This document shows positions 53,596-63,887 of a stretch of 64,000 nucleotides of DNA, piece after piece. Position 1 is the first letter of the stretch; each line of letters opens with the position of its first letter. A model generated the notes under the pieces. The model worked only from the letters and a program-made list of their open reading frames with translations, did not search any database and was not told the DNA's origin. The DNA comes from an uncultured Phycisphaerales bacterium (GTDB taxonomy: Bacteria; Planctomycetota; Phycisphaerae; Sedimentisphaerales; Anaerobacaceae): NCBI GenBank assembly GCA_963772725.1, contig CAVYYI010000002.1, forward strand, positions 64,001-128,000, read 5' to 3'. The translations under genes were made by a program, and so were the position numbers.

Positions 53596-55818
53596 CTAAC
53601 CAAATGAATGTCCTGTTTTTGTCTGCTTTAATAATGGTAATACTCCGGCCATATATCCAAGAAAATCATCATAAAGCAAATTCCAAAATCTCAATTCAGG
53701 AAATCCTTCTATCGATTGAAGATCATACTTGAATTCTTTATCAAACCAGATTTGAATACTGAGTTGCTGAATTTCGTTAAAGTCTATTCTCTCATGTTTT
53801 AACATTTTTTGCTTTAAATTTTCATCAACTATTACTGTTATTGTTTTCGAGTCAATGACTTTAAAGCTTTCCGCCACTTGGGGAAATTGAAGATTACGTT
53901 CATAGGCTAATATTTCGTTACCTATTTGTTTCAAACCATCCGACCGTATTTCCCGTCTCATAGCTTCTGTAGCTAAAACCGGTCGTATATTTTGTTCAGC
54001 GAGAAGCTCTCCGAGTATGCGAGAAGATGTTTCAAATGCCCTGTGATTTACTAACAGGTCGCTATGACGTAGCTGAAAATCCCACACTGCAGAATCTTTA
54101 TATTCCCCTTTTCGATTAATTCTGCCACCTGTTTGTATTAGACTGTTAAAGCTGCAACATTCACGCAAACCAGTATGAAATGAAAAATCAACACCAGCTT
54201 CAACGCAGGATGTGGCTACTAATGTCCAGTTTTTGTCAGTTTGTTTTGCAAGTCGGTTTTTAACTCTGTCCAAAGTGTTCTTCCTATCTCTCGGACATAA
54301 TGCCGTGGAAAGATGCTCAACATAAGATTTCCCTTCTGTATTTCTTATTGCATCGGCGATGACAGCAGCCGACTGTACGGTATTGACAATTAACAATCTG
54401 GGGCCAGGCAGAGTTTTAAGCCAATCTGTTAAATCATCCAAGTCAACTGGGTCAGGTTTATGAGCATATTTAATCCGGTCTTCTTCATAGCTGATAGTAT
54501 TTGACCTTATCTGAGAAAAAACTAACTCCGGCAGTTCCATAGGAGGATTAGAAAATTCCTCTAATTTCCAAAAACGATTCAACGAACCTGACCCAAGAAC
54601 TATATGGCATCCCCAGTTTGCCGATAATTCCCTAAGCCACAACCACGCCTGTTGCCAGAGATGTGAGGGAAGTGCCGCATGTGCCTCATCGATAAATATT
54701 GCTGACCCCGGCAGATTATGTAATTTTCTTAGTGTTGCTGGATAATTACTTGCCAAAGTTTCAAAGAACTGAACCGCCGTTGTAACTACTATTGGGGCAT
54801 GCCAAAGAAAAGAGTATTGTCTTAATTCGGACGACTCAAACTCTGCACGATGATGGTGAGCGGCAACTATATCTTCTCTACGCTCGTTCAATCCGACTAA
54901 TGCCTGTCGATAAATGTCAACGGACTGGTCGATGATGTTCGTGAACGGTAATACAACAAAAATCCGTCTTAGCTTTTTCTTTTTTGCTACGTTCAACAAA
55001 TGTGCCATAACAGCCGTTGTTTTGCCTGTTCCAACGGGACTATCACAAGCATACATATTAGGTATGGTGTCCGCATTACGACATGCTTGATATACTTCGG
55101 TTCGTAACGGCGTTCTTTCGTTTTGCTGTATTTCTTTTAGGTGTTCAATATAGGCATCAAGTAATCTTAATCGTTCACCTGCAAGCAACGGTAATCCCTT
55201 TTTAGGCAAGCCCTGATTATAATGTCTCGCGGTATCATAATGGTCAGCATCTACCAAACAAGATAGGGCTATCCGAAAGAGTAAGGAATTTCTTGTGAGT
55301 TTATTTTTAGAGATATCGCTCAAAGTATCTTTTTTTAAAGCTTTGCGGTGGATATCTAAATAATAGGATAAATTTTCGTCCGTATGTTCTATCAGTGATT
55401 TCCCATTAAATTGGGACTTCTTATCTCTTAGAAAACTTTTTGCGTTTACTTGTTCATCCGCATAATCAGGCAGGCCGGGGCGATGGTGAGCATTTATTAA
55501 GGTTGCAGCGACACCATTACGATATGGCTCTTTAAGCAAACAGGCAACACCAGCATCAACATGATTAATATGGAGCGAACCTTTACCGTCAGGATTTTCT
55601 AATACATCCTGATTTGCCTTATCAAGTTTGCCTAAATCGTGGAATTCGGCAGCAAGACGAACGGCTTCAATAAACAATTTTTTGCCACCTTGAAAATAAT
55701 GTCCAGCTTCCTGAACATTTTCTTCAGATATCTTTAGGACTTCGCTTATATGCGAGCCATAATATTGCTTGGAAATTCCATATTCAGGTTTCGCACTATG
55801 GGCCAGAGGTTTAGGCAT
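53596..55818 (-). CDS. cas3: Cas3 HD nuclease-helicase
   Basis: AHS, HDLGK, SCLVDADH, PVGTGKT, DEAH, EAGVD, QTGGRINR. Confidence 0.95.
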   Translation of the reverse strand: MPKPLAHSAKPEYGISKQYYGSHISEVLKISEENVQEAGHYFQGGKKLFIEAVRLAAEFHDLGKLDKANQDVLENPDGKGSLHINHVDAGVACLLKEPYRNGVAATLINAHHRPGLPDYADEQVNAKSFLRDKKSQFNGKSLIEHTDENLSYYLDIHRKALKKDTLSDISKNKLTRNSLLFRIALSCLVDADHYDTARHYNQGLPKKGLPLLAGERLRLLDAYIEHLKEIQQNERTPLRTEVYQACRNADTIPNMYACDSPVGTGKTTAVMAHLLNVAKKKKLRRIFVVLPFTNIIDQSVDIYRQALVGLNERREDIVAAHHHRAEFESSELRQYSFLWHAPIVVTTAVQFFETLASNYPATLRKLHNLPGSAIFIDEAHAALPSHLWQQAWLWLRELSANWGCHIVLGSGSLNRFWKLEEFSNPPMELPELVFSQIRSNTISYEEDRIKYAHKPDPVDLDDLTDWLKTLPGPRLLIVNTVQSAAVIADAIRNTEGKSYVEHLSTALCPRDRKNTLDRVKNRLAKQTDKNWTLVATSCVEAGVDFSFHTGLRECCSFNSLIQTGGRINRKGEYKDSAVWDFQLRHSDLLVNHRAFETSSRILGELLAEQNIRPVLATEAMRREIRSDGLKQIGNEILAYERNLQFPQVAESFKVIDSKTITVIVDENLKQKMLKHERIDFNEIQQLSIQIWFDKEFKYDLQSIEGFPELRFWNLLYDDFLGYMAGVLPLLKQTKTGHSFG

Positions 55819-55837
55819 AGGCCTCCACCATTAAATC

Positions 55838-56701
55838 TCAACACGATTCAACCTTTTCCTTCAATTCATTAGGCAGTTCAGGTGGGACATCATATTCATC
55901 CCACGATTTTGAAGGTTTTTCAGGGTCATAGCTTTTTATGCCATCATATTTCTGCTTCCTTTTTGGTTTCAAGGCATCTATCAAAGCAAAGTCTGAACAG
56001 GAACCTATTTGGGATTTATGCTCTATATACCAAGCATGTTTAATTTCAACAAAAGGTCTGATATATGATGGATTATGTGGATATGCATAAGGAATCATTT
56101 TGAGCAATAATTCGATATCCTCTTTTGTGCATCCCGATTTTGTAGCGGCTGTAGGATTGATACAGAAAGGCATACAATAAACGCCATGTCTCACTGTTCT
56201 ATATGCTAATGGTGCCATGCCAACTGTCTTATCCTTCTCCACAGGAGGATTTGTCGTTGTAAATCTTCCAATATCAATGGGCGAGATTGAAACACCCAAG
56301 CCGAACTGCGCTATTCCGGTTTTGACGGGCACTTTTCTTCCTTTTTCTAATTCAGTGTTTCCAAATATGCGCCCATCCCAGAATTTCTTTTTAAATTCTT
56401 CTTCGCCTTCCTTTATTTCACTTTTCAATCTCTGGCGGCTTTCCAATATTTCAAAATGGTTTGGTTTGCCCGGCTTAAGGTTCAGCTTCTCTTGTACCTC
56501 TTGCCAAACAGGACCCTCTTTATTTTCAACAAGACTACGTATTTTGGCCTTGAAGGAAACCGGTGATATTTCACCACGACCATCAGGTCGTTGTCTTGGA
56601 TCGTTTTCTTTGTCAGGGTCGCCATTAGGGTTGGAATCTCTTACTTCAATAACCAAAAGCCCCGTTGCCCTCATAATCTTTTCATTATTCGAATCAGACA
56701 T
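55838..56701 (-). CDS. cas7: Cas7 (Csd2-like, divergent)
   Basis: SNPNGDPD..N.PR, ISPVSFK.KIR, FWDGRIFG. Confidence 0.9.
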   Translation of the reverse strand: MSDSNNEKIMRATGLLVIEVRDSNPNGDPDKENDPRQRPDGRGEISPVSFKAKIRSLVENKEGPVWQEVQEKLNLKPGKPNHFEILESRQRLKSEIKEGEEEFKKKFWDGRIFGNTELEKGRKVPVKTGIAQFGLGVSISPIDIGRFTTTNPPVEKDKTVGMAPLAYRTVRHGVYCMPFCINPTAATKSGCTKEDIELLLKMIPYAYPHNPSYIRPFVEIKHAWYIEHKSQIGSCSDFALIDALKPKRKQKYDGIKSYDPEKPSKSWDEYDVPPELPNELKEKVESC

Positions 56702-56738
56702 GGTATAAAACCTCACTTTCTTAAATTTAGTCGTTAAT

Positions 56739-57137
56739 TTACTCTTTACCTATTCGCGAGAGATAACCCAAAAGCATTTGTGCCTTTTCTGCATCATTGC
56801 ATCTTTCGGGTAATGGGGCATCTTCTGTAATTTTGCCCAGTTTCTCAGAAATATCCCTGAATTCATTTAATGCCCATCCTGCTAATCCCACATTTTGACT
56901 TGTATTAGCCCATGACTGATAAATCAATATTCTTTCAGCTAATCTGGCTAATCCTGTTGTTGGATTATCCATTGCTACAGCCATCGCTGCATTCCCAATT
57001 AATTGCCTTGGCATACCACTGTTTTCGCTTTTTTCTCCGGTTTGTTTTTTGTCGGCACGAACATTTCGACAGTACTCTTTGTGAAGAGTATCAGCCAGAG
57101 ACATAATCTGTCCGATGAGAAATGGGGCGGTACTCAT
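56739..57137 (-). CDS. cas11: Cas11 small subunit from an internal in-frame start in cas8 (132 aa)
   Basis: AAAGGAGAATAT-ATG directly before MSTAPFLIGQ. Confidence 0.65.
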   Translation of the reverse strand: MSTAPFLIGQIMSLADTLHKEYCRNVRADKKQTGEKSENSGMPRQLIGNAAMAVAMDNPTTGLARLAERILIYQSWANTSQNVGLAGWALNEFRDISEKLGKITEDAPLPERCNDAEKAQMLLGYLSRIGKE

Positions 57138-58823
57138 ATATTCTCCTTTCTTGAGTCCAAATTTATAAAGTAATAACCCTAAAATGCTGGGGGTCAAATT
57201 TGCCTGTTTTGCACGTTTAGCAGTATCTTTGTTCCACTTAAAAGATGTATCCAAGCGATGAGAAGTATGGCCTAAAGCAAGTAATAGCGTCTTTGAATTT
57301 ACGACTGCCAACTGCATTGCTCTATTGACAAAATTTTGTGCCACAAGACCTTCTTCAAGCAGCAGAACAATGCCGTCACCTATGCTGGCGCCATAGGTTT
57401 CGCTGACCTTTTCTCCATTGGCAAACCAAATTGTGTTAAGGCAATTGATTACTTCTATAGGAAAAGGAATAAGAGGATTTATCCAGATAGCCTTGTCATT
57501 GTTATTTGTGCCGATATTGATATTCATGCGTGGAATATTTTGGCAGGCATCTTGCCATGTTTTAGCAGCGTTCATGACTCGCTTTGCTTCATAATGTCTG
57601 CTGGCTAATACTTTCGTTCTGGCCTTATCAGCTTTGGCAAGTACAAAGAGGCATATCTCTGTATCGGGTCGTTCTTTTACTATTCCGTCCAAGGCAGAAA
57701 CCACCCGACTTGCTGTTGCAGAAAATATTGCTCCGTCCGAATCATTACCTGGGACTTCTGCACCACCAAATAATCCAGCCAGTTCTGGCGGCTCCCCCTC
57801 AATATAAGATGGATAAGCAAATAACACACCATCAGCTATGTTTTGCCATGTTTTGCCCTTTCGTTCAGATTTTCCTAACCATTCGAGACAATCTTTCATT
57901 CGCTGACGCATTTTATTACCAACACAGAAACTTTCGGCATCAGCTTTCCCGTATCGTCTTTGACATGGTGATTCGCTGTTCATCGCCCGTAAAGTTACAT
58001 TACCTAATTTGGGCAAAGAAGCTGCTGGATACTTATCGGCAGAACCATTTATCGATTGGCCGTAAGCATCAGTATCATGTTCTTGCAAACTCTCTTCAAC
58101 GCCGCTACTTTCGCACATAAGCTGTGAATTAATCCACTGCTGTATCTTCTCATGATTTGCTGGATACTTATACTTAGAGCTATCAGATAACTCGAGAACG
58201 AATGAAACTTTTTTGGACATCTTGGCTGGTGAAAAAATAAGTTGTTCAAGCCATTGGATTCCTTCCTTTGGTGAGGATACTACCTTGTTCAGTACGACCT
58301 GTTCAATTTGCTCCTGCAATTTTCCTAAGCAAATTTTTTGCGATCGCTCAATCAGATACTTAATAGCAACAAAATCATCAGGGATTGCTTTGAAATAACA
58401 GTCAAGGGTTTCAGATTGTTCCTTCAGACACTTACTAATCCGCGTTGTTTCTCCGTTTGACCATAATGGCATCGATAGTTTTTTAACTTCATCTATCAGC
58501 AGAGCATCTATTTTATTATCTTTTTTAATTCTTTCTTTTAGTAATTTTTGTTTTTCTTTTGCTGTTCCGCTTTGGCAATGATAAAGAGGAAGCACGTTAA
58601 AAGCAGGAAAGGAAAAGCCATTGGCTGGTTCATATTTCCTCAATCGCTTGATTTGCTCTTTCCCTGCTATCTGTTCAATGTCAGTGACATTGCTATCGCT
58701 GTCAATCAATAAGCGAAACGTTGCGTAGTTAGGGCATTGAACATAATCTTTATGCCAGGATTCTGTAATCTCAACCCCGGCTTCCTGAATACTTTTTTGG
58801 AGTTCATAGCATTCGTTAAGCAT
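56739..58823 (-). CDS. cas8: Cas8 large subunit (divergent Cas8c-like)
   Basis: Position between cas5 and cas7; C..RYGK..ESF.VG; C-terminal PFLIGQ helical domain ending LLGY. Confidence 0.75.
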   Translation of the reverse strand: MLNECYELQKSIQEAGVEITESWHKDYVQCPNYATFRLLIDSDSNVTDIEQIAGKEQIKRLRKYEPANGFSFPAFNVLPLYHCQSGTAKEKQKLLKERIKKDNKIDALLIDEVKKLSMPLWSNGETTRISKCLKEQSETLDCYFKAIPDDFVAIKYLIERSQKICLGKLQEQIEQVVLNKVVSSPKEGIQWLEQLIFSPAKMSKKVSFVLELSDSSKYKYPANHEKIQQWINSQLMCESSGVEESLQEHDTDAYGQSINGSADKYPAASLPKLGNVTLRAMNSESPCQRRYGKADAESFCVGNKMRQRMKDCLEWLGKSERKGKTWQNIADGVLFAYPSYIEGEPPELAGLFGGAEVPGNDSDGAIFSATASRVVSALDGIVKERPDTEICLFVLAKADKARTKVLASRHYEAKRVMNAAKTWQDACQNIPRMNINIGTNNNDKAIWINPLIPFPIEVINCLNTIWFANGEKVSETYGASIGDGIVLLLEEGLVAQNFVNRAMQLAVVNSKTLLLALGHTSHRLDTSFKWNKDTAKRAKQANLTPSILGLLLYKFGLKKGEYMSTAPFLIGQIMSLADTLHKEYCRNVRADKKQTGEKSENSGMPRQLIGNAAMAVAMDNPTTGLARLAERILIYQSWANTSQNVGLAGWALNEFRDISEKLGKITEDAPLPERCNDAEKAQMLLGYLSRIGKE

Positions 58824-59478
58824 ATACGAGGATTCCTTTTTCAATTTTTGCTGGCTTATCTGGTTTATAAAATTCCGGCGACCAGTCAGAATTTTTCCCT
58901 TTTGGAAAACAAGTCTTCAACATGCTGGGTATCACAAGGTTAATATCTTCACATTTTCTTGTTTCCTGTCTAAATATTCCTACATAATCAGGAACAAATT
59001 CTTTCCACCCAAGACATGGCATATAGTGTATCTGGCTTTTTGCTAATCTTTTATTAAATTTATCCTGATATGCGTGGCCCCCGTTGGTAGTACCTGTTTG
59101 CTGGCGTTTTACTTCTTCGACTCCACGTTTAGTATAATTCGCGGGAATAGAATTTATTTTGGCATACAAGCGGTAACAGACGTCAACAAGAACAGTTGCG
59201 AGTAGCTGATAACTGCTGCCCGTTTTCATTATTTTACTTTTTCGTAGTGGCCCTCCATAATTGGTATTATACACATGATAAATTATGGGCCTGCATATCT
59301 CACATTTTATTGGAATAATCTCTGCCCAGTCGCTTAACAGAATGCTTTCGAATATTCCTTTGGCTGCTCCGAAGGTTGGTGCGGGATAACTGACAGGACA
59401 ATCGCCGGTATCCGGTCGTGTCCACATGGCCGTTGGACCTGATATTTCTAATTGAACTTCATAGCTTTTATTTTCCAT
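58816..59478 (-). CDS. cas5: Cas5 (divergent Cas5d-like)
   Basis: EISGPTAMWTRPD...VSYPAPT..AAKGIFESI, L.DVCY, PCLGWKEF. Confidence 0.88.
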   Translation of the reverse strand: MENKSYEVQLEISGPTAMWTRPDTGDCPVSYPAPTFGAAKGIFESILLSDWAEIIPIKCEICRPIIYHVYNTNYGGPLRKSKIMKTGSSYQLLATVLVDVCYRLYAKINSIPANYTKRGVEEVKRQQTGTTNGGHAYQDKFNKRLAKSQIHYMPCLGWKEFVPDYVGIFRQETRKCEDINLVIPSMLKTCFPKGKNSDWSPEFYKPDKPAKIEKGILVYA

Positions 59479-59705
59479 AAACCTCTCCAACATAAAAATT
59501 GTTCAAATATTTGCCGGGATTTAATGGGTCGGTGTGTGCGTAGAACTTGCGAAGCTCATCGGCTTGCAATCCCTGCTGTTTTTTTGTCTGTCCCATACCT
59601 AATCCAGTAAAATACCGACACAAAACATCTTGCGACAATATCCGGGAAAAGGGCTTCGGAGGGAGATGAGTTACCTCAGAGCTCGGTTCCACCCTAAACA
59701 ATCTC

Positions 59706-59734
59706 CAAATACCACACAAAAGTAATATTGTCAA
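59706..59734 (-). promoter_or_regulatory. Candidate cas operon promoter
   Basis: TTGACA-N17-TATTTG with an extended -10 TG. Confidence 0.4.
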
Positions 59735-59831
59735 TCTTTTTTTAGAAATGTTTTAGAAGTGTTTTTTTAGGCAGCTATGATAGTGGCCGCTTCTCAACTT
59801 TCTTGTAGTGATAAGCTGATGATGTTAATGG

Positions 59832-59975
59832 CTAATTGCATTTTCCTTTATCATTATCACTTCGCGTCAACTTTTCAATTTCCTTCGCCAATTGCAGAAT
59901 TTCTGCCAATTTTGAGTCTACGCTTAAAAAATTATCCTTTTGATTCTGAGCATGTTCGCTTTCATTGGATTCCAT
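59832..59975 (-). CDS. 47-aa micro-protein, paralog 1 (not in ORF track)
   Basis: MESNESEHAQNQKDNFLSVDSKLAEILQLAKEIEKLTRSDNDKGKCN; homologous to 62784-62918. Confidence 0.6.
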   Translation of the reverse strand: MESNESEHAQNQKDNFLSVDSKLAEILQLAKEIEKLTRSDNDKGKCN

Positions 59976-60956
59976 TTGAATTTGTTATAAGTTTTTCGAC
60001 ATAAATACTTTCAACTGATTAGCCTACGACAAACTTTATTTCCCAAATTTCTGACTATAGCCTATTAACCAGCGTTTCGCGGGCGGGCTGCATTTTTTAC
60101 GGCTATGGGTATTTTTGTCTAATATCCAGCATTTTTGCAAAAGTCCAGTTCTTAATTGAGAAGTACTTAGCTTGTAGGTTTTGAAAAATTACAAGAATTG
60201 CTTCCCTCTCTTATTCAGTTGCTTCTATTTCAGGTCATCCGCAAGTAAGAGCAGTAAAGGTATTTTTGTGGGTTAACTCACAAAGACTCAAAATTTCACC
60301 AAAATTGCGGAAGAACCGGTTTTGGGCGCCCTATGACAGCACTACCGAATCAGATTATAGGACTTCCAATAAATATTATATTCCTTTCTAAGTATTAAGC
60401 TACAAGTATGCAGTAAAATAATCAAATACCATCCACTTATAGCCGATACATTATTAATGTAATTTATGGGAAGCCATAGGTATGGATAACAAAAAGAAGA
60501 AAACGGCAAAAAGAAAAAATGTATCAGCTGATAAACATTTAAGCTATGAGATTGCTTGGCATATAGGAGCGATCGCACATAGTTATGAACATATTTCTTT
60601 ACTTAATAAAATATGGCAGTCACCCTGGAAACGCAAATAAAAATAATAGCATCGGAAATATGCTGTCACGGGGCGCTTCAAATGGGCGCCCGATGACAAT
60701 ATGCACAAATTGTAAATTGATTATTTACAAGACTCGAGACAATTTACTATCAAGAATATGGCGAGTCAAATAAAGTTGTTTAAGCCTTAATTGAAAATCG
60801 GATAATATAGATTCGTCTTTTTCCTGATCATTCTCATTAAGGGAGTATTGAACCCTACAAGGTATAACATCATATTTTATATTGTTACTCCTAATTTTCA
60901 TTTTTTCAGCTAAAGCCATACTAAAGGCTCCTTTCAATATTAACATTAGTCACTTT

Positions 60957-62362
60957 TTAAATTTTTCTATTATGCCCCCACCATCTTTTTATCTCATTGC
61001 TCGTATTATTCCAAGAAATGCGATAATTAATAGTAAAAGCGTGTAGCTCTTTAAATTCTTTTAATAATCCAATCTTTTTTTCGGGTACGTTGCCCAAAAA
61101 GTATTTTTCCCTAAGGTCAGAAAATCTTGATTCCATTGATGCGTCTAAATCATCTCTTTTCAGTTTGAGTAGTCCCTCATGCTCTTCCAACAATTTAACC
61201 TCTTTCATCTGCTCTACTAAAAACCAAAAAGCCTCATTTTTCTCTGGGTGAGCGAGTTCTCGTACTAATTCGACGGTGGGAAAACTTTTTAATTCAGAAT
61301 TTTCTATTTTGTCAATAATTCTTCGTGCATTATGCATTAGATCATCGTGGATGTTTCTACAAGATCCCCCACCCCATATAAGAGCAGTGTTATTTGTGTC
61401 ACCATTGAAGTCAATTTCCCCAAAAAAATCCATTCCTGGTGTTGAAGATATTTCATGTATGTCCATTTCTTCTGATGCCGAAACCAATGCTATCCGGTGG
61501 TCGTTTACCCTTACACTTGTTCCTCGTTGTTCAAATTTTTCTAAAAGTAGGTCTTTTAGATGTAGACAGGCATTTCTAATGATAGGCTTTTTAGTTTTCT
61601 CATATAATTCCTTTAACTCTAACTTAATAGAAGCCTGAACAATAAGAGGGCAAGTTGTCACTTTCTTCTCAAAAAAACCAATTGGGTAAGGCATGCATGG
61701 AACGCGTTTAGTTTTTGAAGTTTCAGATTTACGATGACTAGGTTTAACAATTAGCCGAAGCCAACCTTTTTCACCATTACTTAGAGATGGTTCTATCCTA
61801 AGGCTTACTAGAGTTTTTTTTATTTCTCCTGATAGTATTTCTAAGTAGGCAATATTAGATTTAAATTCATCTAAAAAATCTATTTTTGCCAAAAGAGGCT
61901 TACCTCGATAGTAAGTTTCATCATGCCTATTTCCCGGCGAAACAATTTCCTCAACTGGGGTCAACAGGATAGAGCCATCGGTGTTATGCACTGGCTCTCC
62001 TATAAATGGCCAGTTGTAAATATTATAGTCTTTGGGCATTTTCATTCTTAGATTAACAGCTTGGACTTGTATCATTTCCCCGGATAGAGAGATATTGTGA
62101 TCAAGTTTTTCCCATTCACTAATAATATCAGAATAATCCTGCGCTCGTATAGCATGACGGTTTGTAAAAATGTGCAATCGTGGGGGAACATAGCTAATAT
62201 TTCTTCTAGTGGTTCGTGTGATGTAGTGTTATTAATGAGAATGTCGTAGACTTCGGTTATTTCAAGCTTTTCAGGGGAATCAGGATTAATACTAAACCAA
62301 AGTTGTTCATGTAGAAAGTCAATATTCAAACATCGTCCTGGAGCAATTAATCCAATACACAT
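60957..62362 (-). CDS. Hypothetical protein, probably one gene with a frameshift near 62180
   Basis: Overlapping 96-aa and 406-aa ORFs in adjacent frames; low GC; no recognised family. Confidence 0.55.
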
Positions 62363-62783
62363 CCCTTAATACCCTATCTCATAATTTTTATTTTATACTA
62401 TAAAGGAATTTACTTTATCTTTTTTAAAGAGTCAACAGTTTTTTAGCTCAATCCGAAAATTTTTGAAATAATACTTTGAAGGGTATTAATTGAAACCTGC
62501 TACCGTTTTTTATCACATCCTATTTTCGTAATGGGCCACCGTAAGTGGTTTGGTAGTTGTGATAGAGAATTGAGCCACAGATTATAGGCTGGCTTCAATG
62601 TTGGCAACAGCTAACGCCTCCGGAAAAGCTCGCCAGATAAAAAGGGACGCCTCGTATTCATTGAGTTGAAACTTCGTGTTGCACACTGCTCCCATTTCTC
62701 TCATCCGAATCCGTAGCTCTTTAACTGAGGCATTCGAGTGCTTCTTAAAAATGAAAACGAGCAATGGCACCTTTGCGTTAAGA

Positions 62784-62918
62784 TTATTGTTTCGTGGTCT
62801 TGCTATCCTTAGTTAGCTGCTCAATCTCCTTCGCCAATTGCAGAATTTCTGCCAATTTTTCGTTCAGGCTTGAAGTGTCCATTTCATTCTGGTCAGGTTC
62901 ACTTTGGTCGGATTCCAT
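62784..62918 (-). CDS. 44-aa micro-protein, paralog 2 (not in ORF track)
   Basis: MESDQSEPDQNEMDTSSLNEKLAEILQLAKEIEQLTKDSKTTKQ. Confidence 0.6.
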   Translation of the reverse strand: MESDQSEPDQNEMDTSSLNEKLAEILQLAKEIEQLTKDSKTTKQ

Positions 62919-63362
62919 TTACATTTATTTCAAATTTTCCCAAATAAATACTTTCAACTGATTTGCCTCTGATTCAAAACCTGTTCGCGATCGCTGACCG
63001 AAAAATATAAATACCAAGAATACTTACGCAACAGGAAAATGAACACATTAGTTTATCTTATCGGCGGGAAAATCAGTATAAATGCTATTCCAAGTTTACA
63101 TTCATCATCTCTCGACAAAAACCCAACTGATTTAACCAAAAGTTCCAGCGCTGGCGGGGCTATCGAACATTTTATAATTTTGTCTGGTCATCAGCAATGC
63201 CCACAAAAATTAACTAAAAGTATCAAGTCCGGCGAGGGCATTAAACTTTTAGTTAAAAGAACTGGGTACTCACATGCGTAAAAAGATCATTTTTCCGGAG
63301 GTTAGAATAAAAAAATTTAGAGAAGGAAGCGGTTATGAAGTCCATCCGATTTATTCAGCCAG

Positions 63363-63887
63363 TTATTTTTTCTTAAATTCTTCACGCTTCGGCCATTTAT
63401 TTGCAATAGCCAAACCACGCTTAACTAATTGACGACATGCTTGAAGAGCATCCCAAGGGATCAGATCAAGTTTATCCGCCATTTGCTCGTAACTAACAAA
63501 CCTATCTTCTGCCATTATGTGGAATATTTTATCTTCGATACTTTGCGAAACTGCCCATTCGTCACTTTCATCACTCTCCCAACCACGACACCAATAAATA
63601 TGGTTATTCCAAATAATAAAATGAGAGCGACACGCAGAGTCCCGCCAATATGATGGATATAAGGTAAGACCACGCTTACTTTGATAATAACGCCAAGCTG
63701 GGCCTGCACGATAATCCAAATTTATTAGCAAATCGTCACCACAACCACACGGACAACGAATAATAATTAATCGAGGCTTCCCTCGTTCAACAATAACAGC
63801 ATCACCTCGTTCTTTCAAAAGTGACGAGGCAGCATCCCTATACTCAACTGTACCCCGCAAAGCAATTCTATTAACGCATGATTTCAC
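63363..63887 (-). CDS. DUF6527-family protein with a C-terminal HTH-like extension
   Basis: CPCGCG...L.L...W......TL.PS.W...CRSHF.I.N..I.W signature. Confidence 0.75.
   Translation of the reverse strand: MKSCVNRIALRGTVEYRDAASSLLKERGDAVIVERGKPRLIIIRCPCGCGDDLLINLDYRAGPAWRYYQSKRGLTLYPSYWRDSACRSHFIIWNNHIYWCRGWESDESDEWAVSQSIEDKIFHIMAEDRFVSYEQMADKLDLIPWDALQACRQLVKRGLAIANKWPKREEFKKK

Noticed and set aside
60131..60145. ATTTTTGCAAAAGTC resembles the IR of the IS at 16206
   Set aside because: Short AT-rich match with no second end or transposase
60342..60946. Short ORFs downstream of the hypothetical gene
   Set aside because: Could not reconstruct a coherent reading frame or motif
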